Assembly (NCBI GenBank): GCA_013360565.1
Contig: JABWBI010000002.1
Location: forward strand, 1-51,295
DNA: 51,295 nt
Source of the DNA: Candidatus Sumerlaeia bacterium
GTDB lineage: Bacteria; Sumerlaeota; Sumerlaeia; JABWBI01
Direction: 5' to 3'
Within the stretch, counting starts at the first letter, position 1. Each line of letters begins with the position of its first letter. Under the pieces are notes generated by a model, which was not told the DNA's origin, did no database searches, and saw only the letters and a list, made by a program, of their open reading frames with translations. The position numbers and the translations under genes are program-made. Shown here piece by piece: positions 17,477 through 25,253 of this stretch.

Positions 17477-18661
17477 TCACCCCATCATGTGGAGCTCGAT
17501 CCGGCGCGGCACGTGACGCCAGATCACGGTCAGCGTCACTGCGCTCATCACCGCCGCGAACAGGGCCACCGCGAGATAGCTGTCGAAGACCTCGAAGAGC
17601 CACGCGCCCGCACCCGCGCCGAGTGCCGTGCCGGCGTAGGAGATCGTGTTGCGAATCCCCAGAACGGGCCCCCGGGCCCTCTCTGGGATCACGCGCAGCA
17701 TCAGCGCTTGGTAGGGAGGCACACGGGCCGCGGCCGTCGCGGACATCACGAAGAACACCGGATACACCGCCACCGGCGACGTGGCCAGAAGCGGCACGAC
17801 GGCGAAGATCGGGGTGACGACGATGCTCGTCCAGATCAGGATGATGCGCGGTCCGAATCGGTCGGTCGCCTTCCCGGAGATGAGTGCCCCCACGACCGCA
17901 CCGACCCCGAGTGTGACCACCTGCCAGATGCAGTCGGGCAGATCCTTGTCGAAGCGCCGGTCCATGAAGATGGGAAAGGTTGAACCCATCGCCACGATGC
18001 TCGTCAGGAGCAATCCGCCCAGCGCGAGCAGAGCGACCATCCGGCGAGAGCGCAGCAGGCGGGCCACGTGACTCTCCTCGCTCTCGTGTCCGGGCCTGAG
18101 AGGCATCCGGACCCCGTGGAGGCCCAGAACGCCAATGAGCGCCGCCACGCCGAAGACGGCGAAAGGCATCCGCCACATCGCCGACTCGGGCTCTTTCGTG
18201 GCAATGACCAGCAGGGGGATGGCCAGCGCGGCGAGCATGGCCCCGCTTGTGAGCACTCCCACCCCCACCCCCCGGCGCTCGGGCGGAACGAGGACGCCGA
18301 CCCCCAACAGGAAGAGCAGCGAGAGCCCCCCCTGAAAGAGGCCCGTGAAGAAGCGTGTCAGGCAGAAGATCGAGAAAGGCCCCTCGACCGCGTTGACGAA
18401 GGACAGCGCCACAAAAGCCCACAGATTGATGAAGATGAGCAGGCCGATGCCATGGCGCCGCGCCAGAAGCCCCGAGACGAGCGTGCCGATGATGGCACCC
18501 AGGCTGGCGAAGACGATCGGCAGCGAAGCCGCTCCCGTTCCGATCTCATAGTGTCCGCTCAGAAAGTTCGGGAGAAGAATCGGATACTGCGGGTCGGTGC
18601 TGGTCCCCCAGTAGGCGAGCGTGAACAGTCCGACGATGGTCCAGGCCTTGGCGGGCGTCAT
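17477..18661 (-). CDS. MFS-type transporter
   Basis: The protein is about 394 aa and made almost wholly of hydrophobic helices (about 12). A central charged loop (HGVRMPLRPGHESEESHVARLLRSRR) splits it into two six-helix halves. The start was moved to ATG 18661, because the track start at 18841 would run into the tRNA gene. Confidence 0.72.
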   Translation of the reverse strand: MTPAKAWTIVGLFTLAYWGTSTDPQYPILLPNFLSGHYEIGTGAASLPIVFASLGAIIGTLVSGLLARRHGIGLLIFINLWAFVALSFVNAVEGPFSIFCLTRFFTGLFQGGLSLLFLLGVGVLVPPERRGVGVGVLTSGAMLAALAIPLLVIATKEPESAMWRMPFAVFGVAALIGVLGLHGVRMPLRPGHESEESHVARLLRSRRMVALLALGGLLLTSIVAMGSTFPIFMDRRFDKDLPDCIWQVVTLGVGAVVGALISGKATDRFGPRIILIWTSIVVTPIFAVVPLLATSPVAVYPVFFVMSATAAARVPPYQALMLRVIPERARGPVLGIRNTISYAGTALGAGAGAWLFEVFDSYLAVALFAAVMSAVTLTVIWRHVPRRIELHMMG

Positions 18662-18772
18662 CAGGTGGCGGTTGTCCCTGCGAAGAGTCCGGGGACGCTG
18701 GCACAGCGTGACCGCGTTGGAAAGCTCCAGTTCAGACCCTGACGCGGGAATTGGCTGGGCGCAGACATCCGC

Positions 18773-18801
18773 TTGACACACTGTGACGCCATCTCTAGGG
18801 T
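18773..18801 (+). promoter_or_regulatory. Putative sigma-70-type promoter for tRNA-Gln
   Basis: TTGACA (18773..18778), a 17-nt spacer, then TAGGGT (18796..18801), ending 15 nt before the tRNA 5' end. The -10 matches only 3 of 6 consensus positions. Confidence 0.4.
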
Positions 18802-18816
18802 ACGCCCCCGTGCTGC

Positions 18817-18892
18817 TGGGGGATGGTGCAACTGGTAGCACACCTGACTCTGGATCAGGATGTTCTAGGTTCGAGTCCTAGTCCCCCAGCCA
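18817..18892 (+). tRNA. tRNA-Gln: tRNA-Gln, anticodon CUG, with genomically encoded CCA
   Basis: Folded by hand. Acceptor TGGGGGA/TCCCCCA (U1:A72, as in bacterial tRNA-Gln). D stem GTGC/GCAC. Anticodon stem CCTGA/TCAGG with loop CTCTGGA (anticodon CTG). T arm CTAGG-TTCGAGT-CCTAG. Discriminator G, then CCA. Total 76 nt. Confidence 0.93.
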
Positions 18893-18909
18893 CCATCGCT
18901 CGCTGGCGC

Positions 18910-19374
18910 TCAGGGAGTCTCTCTGCCTCCCCTCCATCCTCGCCCCTCGCCCCCGGGCGGGGCCTCCAGCAAGTCGTCTCCCCGGCGCGCGGCCTGAACT
19001 TTGCCCAGCCACGGTGCGGCGATGAGAGCGGCCAGAATCAACAGGGCCGCAGAGGCGATCAGCAGACGAAATCTCCTTCGTCCCGCCGGGACTGTCGGCC
19101 CGCCGGCGATCTGTGCCTTGATCCAGGCCCAGTGAAGGATCAGGTGGACGGCGAATCCTGCGAGCAGGCCCACGGCCACCCAGAAGTGGACGTTGCCCCA
19201 GGCGTGCCGGTCGAGTCCCCAAAGGAGGCGAACTGCTCCGCCGCTGCGCCCCCCCTCCATGCGCCCGCTCCCGGGTGGCAAGATGAATTCCAGGACGAAA
19301 CCTGTGGAGACCAGCCCGCCTGCCAAGATGAGCAGAAGCGAGTCGAGAATGAGATTGAGCCTTCCCCTTGGCAT
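18910..19374 (-). CDS. DUF4405-like small membrane protein (possible cytochrome-b-like haem-binding helices)
   Basis: Three or four TM helices carry the His pattern typical of DUF4405 (RHAWGNVHFWVAVGLLAGFAVHLILHWAW). I prefer ATG 19374 (MPRGRLNLILDSLLLIL). The 54 residues upstream of it in track ORF 18910..19536 look non-protein-like. Confidence 0.55.
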   Translation of the reverse strand: MPRGRLNLILDSLLLILAGGLVSTGFVLEFILPPGSGRMEGGRSGGAVRLLWGLDRHAWGNVHFWVAVGLLAGFAVHLILHWAWIKAQIAGGPTVPAGRRRFRLLIASAALLILAALIAAPWLGKVQAARRGDDLLEAPPGGEGRGWRGGRETP

Positions 19375-19640
19375 CGCCCTGTGACCGCCTTCTCGGGAAG
19401 CGGAGAGATGCTGCCCCAACTCTGCCCGGGAGTTCAAGCCATGATGATGGCCTGGGGGCTTGCCATGGCGGCACACCGTGCGAAAATCATTGACCCTGCC
19501 GACGACGGGAGGAAAGTTCAGGCGTCTTCGCGTCATGGCGTTGCAAACCCAAGAGTTTCAGCGCTCCTCCCAGCTCAGCGCACGCGGGGCCTGACGCCTG
19601 ACCCACTCGCAACACGCCCGCCGGGAAGCATCTGAGGCCC

Positions 19641-20261
19641 ATGGTGTCAGTCATTCGTCAGAGCGAGCGGTCCGTGTCACAGGTGACCGACCCCGCTGCC
19701 CTGAAACGGCTGGGCGAAGCAGTTCGCCGGGGGGACCCACAGGCCCTCTCGGCACTCATCGATCAGTTCGGGCCTGGGTTGCTGCACTACCTGGTCACCT
19801 GCACCGGCCACCAGGAGACCGCCGAGGATCTGCTGCAAGACACGCTGCTGGCGGCTGTCCGCCACTGCCACCGTCTTCGGCACCCCGAGCGTCTCCGGGC
19901 GTGGCTTTTCCGGATCGCCCGCCACACGGCGCTGAATTGGCAGCGACGCCGGCGCCGCCACCCGGACTTGGCGGCCAGCCCGCTCGACGATTTGATGCCG
20001 GGGCCTGTTGTGATAAACCGCGCCCGCGACAGGACCCAGCGCAGCGATCTCCGCCGCGTTCTGGAGGAGGCGCTGGCGACGCTGCCCAGCACCGAGCGTG
20101 ACGTGATCGTGCTTCGACACTTCGAGCACCTGAGCTCCGTCGAAGTCGCTCACGTGCTCCGCGTCCGGGTGGGAACGGTGCACTCACGCACTCACCGCGG
20201 CCTGAAGCGGCTCCTTGAGCACCTTCAGGAGCGCGGGCTGACACTGGAGGCTCTTCTGTGA
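19641..20261 (+). CDS. ECF-type RNA polymerase sigma factor (sigma-70 regions 2 and 4)
   Basis: Region 2: EDLLQDTLLAAVRH...AWLFRIARHTALNWQRR. Region 4 HTH: ERDVIVLRHFEHLSSVEVAHVLRVRVGTVHSRTHRGLKRL. Confidence 0.9.
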   Translation: MVSVIRQSERSVSQVTDPAALKRLGEAVRRGDPQALSALIDQFGPGLLHYLVTCTGHQETAEDLLQDTLLAAVRHCHRLRHPERLRAWLFRIARHTALNWQRRRRRHPDLAASPLDDLMPGPVVINRARDRTQRSDLRRVLEEALATLPSTERDVIVLRHFEHLSSVEVAHVLRVRVGTVHSRTHRGLKRLLEHLQERGLTLEALL

Positions 20262-21184
20262 ATTGCAGCCGGTGCCAAAGGCTGCTGGCTCCGCTCCGCG
20301 AGGGTACCCTTCGCCCCCGCGTGGCTCGAGCTGCCGCCAGCCACCTCGCCACGTGCGACGCCTGCCGAATGGTGGCTGACGCCCAGGGGCGGGTGGGAGA
20401 GGTCCTGGCGGGCTTCTCACCACCTCCCCTCCGGTCTTCGCTCCGTGAGACTCTGCTTCAGCGGGTGGCCCGCGAGGCCCCAGTACGGCCCATCCGCCCG
20501 CGAGCGGACTGGTTCCCCCGTTGGGCCCCTGCGGCCGCAGCCGCCGCGCTGTGCTTCGCGCTGACCGCCGCCGTGTGGCTGAATCTGCGAGGACACACGG
20601 ATCCCTCCGTCGCCATCGCCCGGGTGGTGGTCGGTGAGGTCGAACACCGGGTGGGCGCGGACGGTCAGTGGCATCCCCTCCGGGCGGGTGACCTCCTGCC
20701 AGAGCGTAGCCAGCTGATGAGCCGCGAGAACGGCATGGCCATCGTCGAGACCGACGGGGGAGTCAGCCTCTCCATGGCTCAGCAGACCGCGGTGAGCATT
20801 GTCGACGCCGAGTCGATCGCCTGGGATGGAGGCCGCATGGTGGCCTCAGCGAGCGAGGGCCTGCGCGTGCACACGCCGGTGGGTGCGATCGTGTTTCGCC
20901 GCGCGGGAGGCAGTCTCGCCATCAGCAGCGAGGCGGGAGACGATCCCGGAGTCGCCATGGGGCCCGTCGGCGCCGTCTGGGAGAACGAGACCTCCGGTTC
21001 CGTCATCTTGCCCGCCGGTTCGACATCCGACCTGATCGGCGCGAGCGGCACCACCCGCCCCACCCGGGTCCACTTTCCCGGGTGGACGTGGCTCCAGGAT
21101 CTCGAGCAGGCGCGTGCCCGCGAGCTCCTCCGCGAGACCCACCCCTCGCTCCTGCCTCCCCTCGCCCCCTCTCCCGGACGATGA
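20258..21184 (+). CDS. Anti-sigma factor (zf-HC2, one TM helix, FecR-like extracytoplasmic domain)
   Basis: The GTG start overlaps the sigma stop (GTGA). The N-terminus has CSRCQ...HLATCDACR (the Hx3Cx2C zinc motif), then a TM helix WAPAAAAAALCFALTAAVWL, then a beta-rich domain with GQWHPLRAGDLLPERSQL of the FecR type. Confidence 0.8.
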   Translation: MNCSRCQRLLAPLREGTLRPRVARAAASHLATCDACRMVADAQGRVGEVLAGFSPPPLRSSLRETLLQRVAREAPVRPIRPRADWFPRWAPAAAAAALCFALTAAVWLNLRGHTDPSVAIARVVVGEVEHRVGADGQWHPLRAGDLLPERSQLMSRENGMAIVETDGGVSLSMAQQTAVSIVDAESIAWDGGRMVASASEGLRVHTPVGAIVFRRAGGSLAISSEAGDDPGVAMGPVGAVWENETSGSVILPAGSTSDLIGASGTTRPTRVHFPGWTWLQDLEQARARELLRETHPSLLPPLAPSPGR

Positions 21185-21813
21185 CCCCGCACCGGGGCGC
21201 CTCGCTCATCGAGCTCCTGGTCGCCGTCGCGGTCCTGGCGATTCTCGCGACCATTGCGGTCGTCAACATGGCGGGCGCCCAGAGCCGCGCCAAGGTCAGC
21301 GTCGCCCTCAACGACCTGCGGTTGCTCGGAAACGGGCTGGCGGCCTACTACATCGACCACAACCAGTTTCCCCCCGGCGCACGCGAGGAGTCCCTGGACG
21401 GTTTCCGGAAACTCTTCGTCCCCGTCGCCCTCGTGCCCCTCACAACACCCGTCGCCTACATGACGACCCTCATGGCGTTCGACCCGTTCAGCGGCAGCCC
21501 ATCCCCCGGCGCGTTCGGCTCGGTCGACGAAGTGCTGCGGCACTCTTACGTCTACGTTCATTACCCCGACTTCGCCGTCTACAAGGGGAACCCCCGCCTG
21601 TCCCGGCGGGGATACGGCCTCACCAGTTTTGGTCCGGACAATGTCGACTCCTACGGCGTGTACCGGCCTTTTCCCGCCGAGCTCCCGGTGGAGGCGACCA
21701 TGATCGGCTACCACCATGTCGTCGACACCATCTTCGATCCGACCAACGGCACCATCTCCCCCGGCGACATCACCCGCTTCGGTGGCTCCCTCGACCAGAT
21801 GCCGCGGGGATGA
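21181..21813 (+). CDS. Prepilin-type N-terminal cleavage/methylation domain protein (GspG-like pseudopilin, paralog 1)
   Basis: The ATG overlaps the anti-sigma stop (ATGA at 21181..21184). The leader is MTPHRG|ASLIELLVAVAVLAILATIAV with Glu at +5, followed by QSRAKVSVALNDLRLLGNGLAAYYIDHNQFP (GspG-like helix). The C-terminal DPTNGTISPGDITRFGG is shared with 41164..41781. Confidence 0.78.
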   Translation: MTPHRGASLIELLVAVAVLAILATIAVVNMAGAQSRAKVSVALNDLRLLGNGLAAYYIDHNQFPPGAREESLDGFRKLFVPVALVPLTTPVAYMTTLMAFDPFSGSPSPGAFGSVDEVLRHSYVYVHYPDFAVYKGNPRLSRRGYGLTSFGPDNVDSYGVYRPFPAELPVEATMIGYHHVVDTIFDPTNGTISPGDITRFGGSLDQMPRG

Positions 21814-24618
21814 TCATGGCCGCCGCACCGGCGCGGCCTCGAGAGCCTGGATGGCTCCGGCAATCTCCTCATCGGCGAATCCATGCCCCGCGGCCTGCCT
21901 CCACATTGTCAGCGCCGCCCCGTGCTCCTGGAGAGCCGTGGCCCGGTGAGCCAGTGCCACCCACGCCAGCGGTTGTTCCGCTTCCTTGAAGATCTCCTCG
22001 AGCATGGACCCAGCTGCGACGACATCGTCGATGCTCATCTGCGCGGTGGTCACCCAGAGAGCCGAAAACCAGTTCGTCTCGCTGGGAAAGGCGTGTCTCG
22101 CCGCGGCGGCCGCTCGGATCGCGTCGATCCAGTGGCCGCCGAGTGCGAGCACCTCGATGCGGGCGAGCTGCGAATCGACCCGATCCGGATGAAGTGCAGC
22201 GTATCGCAGGATGGTGTCTGACAGGTTCCTCAGCTCGTCCCCCCTCGCAACCCTTGCCGCCTCCCACTGGCAGGCGAACAGCGAGTGGCGGAACCGCTCC
22301 CCCCACACAGCCCCTCCGACTGCCTCCACGCGTGCCGCCGTGGTTTCGGCGTGTGACACGGTGCGTCCCATGTCGAGAGTCTGCAGGTGGAGTAGCCCGT
22401 GGAACTGCACAGCCGCGAGAAGGTGGTCTGGACGCTCCCCGGGATGGCTCTCAAGCAGTCGCAGCAGGCACTCGAGCCTCACTCCGCTCAGACGGCTCAG
22501 CCTGTCGCGCACCGCCCGTGCCCTGTCGTGATCACCTGAGCGCTCCAAGAGGTCCATCAGCCGGAAGGCGTTGGACTGGTCGAACGGGTGCCGGCTCCAC
22601 AGGTGCCACCGAAGGTCTCGTTCGTGCTCTTCGAGCGACGCTCCCTGCGCAATCGCAGCCCGTCCGGCCAAAAAAGCATCGAGGCTGGCAGCGGGGCTCA
22701 GCGTGTATCCGGAGAGAGAGGGAGCGAGCCCCAGCGCAACGCTCGCCCCCGTGAGCATGCGTTCCACCTCGGGATCTTGCCAGCGGCTCAGGTCGAACAG
22801 GGCAAGGGCGGCTTGACGCCGCAACTCTGCACTGGCCGACAGCCGGAGAACTTGGAGTCGAGCCGTCCTCGGCTCGACAGATTCGAGGCGACGGAGGACA
22901 TCCGCCCCCCCCTGCTGCTCACCGTTCACGAGCCGAGAGGACCCCTCGAAGAGGAGGATAAGCGGGCTGCTGTGGCCAGATTCCAGATGACTCCGATCCA
23001 GGGGCGGCCAAGGAAACTCGCCGGGGGCCGCGCTCCTCAGTGCGCCGCGCAGTCGCAGATGCGATTCGACATGAGGCGCACGCAGCCCTGCCGAGATCAC
23101 AACAACCAGACAGGTGATGACATGGGCTGTCGCGAGAGCCGTGAGACGGCCCGCTCCCCTTCGCGGCCAGGGAGGGAGCCCACGCGCGGGCCCCAGCAAC
23201 CAGGGAGTCAACACCGTGACGAAAATGCCCGCGCCGAGGGCGAGACTGACGTGGGCATTCGATGGCCGGAGGAGCGAGAGAGTCCAGAGATCTCCCTCGG
23301 TCAAGGCCAAAGGACTTCCCGTGACAGCGGCGACCAAGTCCCTGAAGATGGGAAAGTGCCCCCACCAGTCCTCCGCAACGAGCTCGCGGCTCCAGAGAAT
23401 CGCCAGAGCCGCGTTCAAGCCCAGGAGTCCCGCAGTCACGCCGATCCCCACCGCACGCCGGATGGTCCCACCGGGAAGCAGTTCAAGCATGGAAGCGAAG
23501 CCGAAGGCAAGGAGGGGCATCGCCTCGCACCATCGCCGTCCGCCAAAGGCCACTCCACCCCACCAGTCGCGGACGGAGGCGTTGATCATCCACAGGCCCG
23601 ACAGGGATACGATCCCGCCAAGCCCCAGCGCGGGCGCACGCCGCACCCAGAGCGGCAACCCAATCAGCGCGAGAATCAGCCACGGATGACTGGTCAAGAG
23701 CCCGTACCAGCGGGAAAAGAGCACCTCCGTCAGGGCCCAGCTCCCCATGTCACGAAAGAAGGTGCTCCCATGGGGAGAGCTGAAGGGAGAACCCAGCGTG
23801 GCGTTCCATGCGGCCAACTGAATCGAGAAGACGAGTGTGGCAGCGCCAGCAGCCATCAGGCTTCGCGTCAGAGCCCGCCTCCGGCAAGGTCCGCGAATCA
23901 CACGGAGGAGATAGATCATCGCCGCCGGAGCGCCCCACACGAGGGCAGACCATCGAAGCAGTCCTCCCAGCCCGATGGCCAAACCGAGGGCCCAGTCCGA
24001 AGAGAGGCGCCGGGAAGACAGGGCACCGCACTCGCCCCGGCTTTCGTCCCAGAGCTTCACCGTGAGCCACCAGACGACTGCCGATGCCCACAGGCTGTGA
24101 GCATGTGCCATGGCCGAGTGGAGCGTCATGTAGGCGAGAGCAGGTGAACCGAAGACCGCCAAGGCCGCGGCCGCGGCGCTGGTACCGGCGCCGTGAAATC
24201 GGCGAAGCGTGGAGTGGACGAGGAGCAGGCCGTGAAACCCGAGTCCAAGCCCGATGAGCGATACGGCCGCCCGCAGCGGCCATGCGTGGCGATCCAGACT
24301 CGACTCGTGGCGCCACGACTCGATGAGCCCCGCGACGAGAACGGCAGGGAACTCGAGCACGGACGGTCCGATGCTGAAGTGAGGCCGCAGCACACCGGCA
24401 TCGCTGATGAACTCCGAGCCGAGGAACATCTCATCGGGGTTCATCGTGGAGCTCATCAGGTCGTTCGACAGGTCGAGGTCGCCGTCGAGCAGCACGGACG
24501 TCAGCCAGTTGTGGTATCCATTCTCATCGTATCCCGCGCCGTTCCACACTCGGAACAGCCCAAGCGCGAGGAGGAGCGTCACCACCGTCAAGACCAGGGT
24601 GGCTCCTCGATCGGACAT
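21814..24618 (-). CDS. Large polytopic membrane protein, GT-C-fold glycosyltransferase-like N-terminal half plus cytoplasmic or periplasmic TPR-like helical C-terminal half
   Basis: About 12-14 TM helices lie in the first ~520 aa. The first loop has an acidic motif (GYDENGYHNWLTSVLLDGDLDL), as in GT-C (PMT/ArnT-like) enzymes. The last ~400 aa are helical-repeat-like. The + ORF 22588..24147 is an antisense shadow. Confidence 0.6.
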   Translation of the reverse strand: MSDRGATLVLTVVTLLLALGLFRVWNGAGYDENGYHNWLTSVLLDGDLDLSNDLMSSTMNPDEMFLGSEFISDAGVLRPHFSIGPSVLEFPAVLVAGLIESWRHESSLDRHAWPLRAAVSLIGLGLGFHGLLLVHSTLRRFHGAGTSAAAAALAVFGSPALAYMTLHSAMAHAHSLWASAVVWWLTVKLWDESRGECGALSSRRLSSDWALGLAIGLGGLLRWSALVWGAPAAMIYLLRVIRGPCRRRALTRSLMAAGAATLVFSIQLAAWNATLGSPFSSPHGSTFFRDMGSWALTEVLFSRWYGLLTSHPWLILALIGLPLWVRRAPALGLGGIVSLSGLWMINASVRDWWGGVAFGGRRWCEAMPLLAFGFASMLELLPGGTIRRAVGIGVTAGLLGLNAALAILWSRELVAEDWWGHFPIFRDLVAAVTGSPLALTEGDLWTLSLLRPSNAHVSLALGAGIFVTVLTPWLLGPARGLPPWPRRGAGRLTALATAHVITCLVVVISAGLRAPHVESHLRLRGALRSAAPGEFPWPPLDRSHLESGHSSPLILLFEGSSRLVNGEQQGGADVLRRLESVEPRTARLQVLRLSASAELRRQAALALFDLSRWQDPEVERMLTGASVALGLAPSLSGYTLSPAASLDAFLAGRAAIAQGASLEEHERDLRWHLWSRHPFDQSNAFRLMDLLERSGDHDRARAVRDRLSRLSGVRLECLLRLLESHPGERPDHLLAAVQFHGLLHLQTLDMGRTVSHAETTAARVEAVGGAVWGERFRHSLFACQWEAARVARGDELRNLSDTILRYAALHPDRVDSQLARIEVLALGGHWIDAIRAAAAARHAFPSETNWFSALWVTTAQMSIDDVVAAGSMLEEIFKEAEQPLAWVALAHRATALQEHGAALTMWRQAAGHGFADEEIAGAIQALEAAPVRRP

Positions 24619-24624
24619 CGCGGC

Positions 24625-25239
24625 TCAGCCCGAGACGCTGCTGGACCGTTGAGAGACGAGAGAGAGGGCTGCGTCCGTCGACACCAGCCGCGAGCCCGCC
24701 TCCATCACCTCGCGCTCGGCCTGGGCGGCGGTCTCCGGGCTGTCGATGGTGACGGCGTCTCTCACGACGCGGCAGGGAAGACCGAAGCGACGGAGGGCTC
24801 GGAGCGCCGCGATGACACCGCGCTCGAACGAGAGGCCGAACAGCAGCGCCGTCCGGCCGTAGATCTGCTCGATCACGGCGAGGGCATTCGGATTGCTGAG
24901 CGGGTCGAAGGAGAGCTTCTCCAGGACTGTCTGCGCCGGGAGGGGCCGCGGCACGTCCATGCCTCGCTGGGTGCTGATGACAACGGCTCCGGGGAGCAGC
25001 GTTCCCTCAACCTTCTCGGCCCCGGGGGAGCCGGCGACGCAGATTCCTCCGGTCTCACCGTGGACTTTGTCGTCCGGCGCGAAAGCGCAGACCGTCGAGA
25101 TGAGAGGCAGGCGCGAGTCCGCAGCCAATGAGACGAGTCGCCGAATGAAGGGGAGTGCACTCTCGGAACCGGGACACATCTCGGCCATGCCCCGCTGCGT
25201 GTCGCAGTCGACGAAGACGAATGACTGGGCGGAGTTCAC
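24625..25239 (-). CDS. Isochorismatase/cysteine-hydrolase-fold protein, apparently lacking the catalytic Cys
   Basis: FVFVDCDTQ (N-terminal beta strand with Asp), ICVAGSPGAEKV (compare HCVxGTxGA of nicotinamidases), and LLFGLSFERGVIAALRALRRFG, where canonical members read GxxxxxCV. Confidence 0.45.
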   Translation of the reverse strand: MNSAQSFVFVDCDTQRGMAEMCPGSESALPFIRRLVSLAADSRLPLISTVCAFAPDDKVHGETGGICVAGSPGAEKVEGTLLPGAVVISTQRGMDVPRPLPAQTVLEKLSFDPLSNPNALAVIEQIYGRTALLFGLSFERGVIAALRALRRFGLPCRVVRDAVTIDSPETAAQAEREVMEAGSRLVSTDAALSLVSQRSSSVSG

Positions 25240-25253
25240 GTTGGGCGGCTACC

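Noticed and set aside
18817-19640. The tRNA-Gln 3' flank as an integration site for a genomic island.
   Set aside because: I saw no integrase, no direct repeat of the tRNA 3' end and no shift in composition or codon bias downstream. The flanking genes look native.
19375-19640. An autoregulated ECF promoter (GGAAC-type -35 with a CGTC-type -10) upstream of the sigma factor gene. The region also has small palindromes such as GCCATGGC.
   Set aside because: Candidates such as GGAAAG...CGTC and GCAAC-N16-TCTGA have wrong spacing or weak matches. I cannot support a call by eye.
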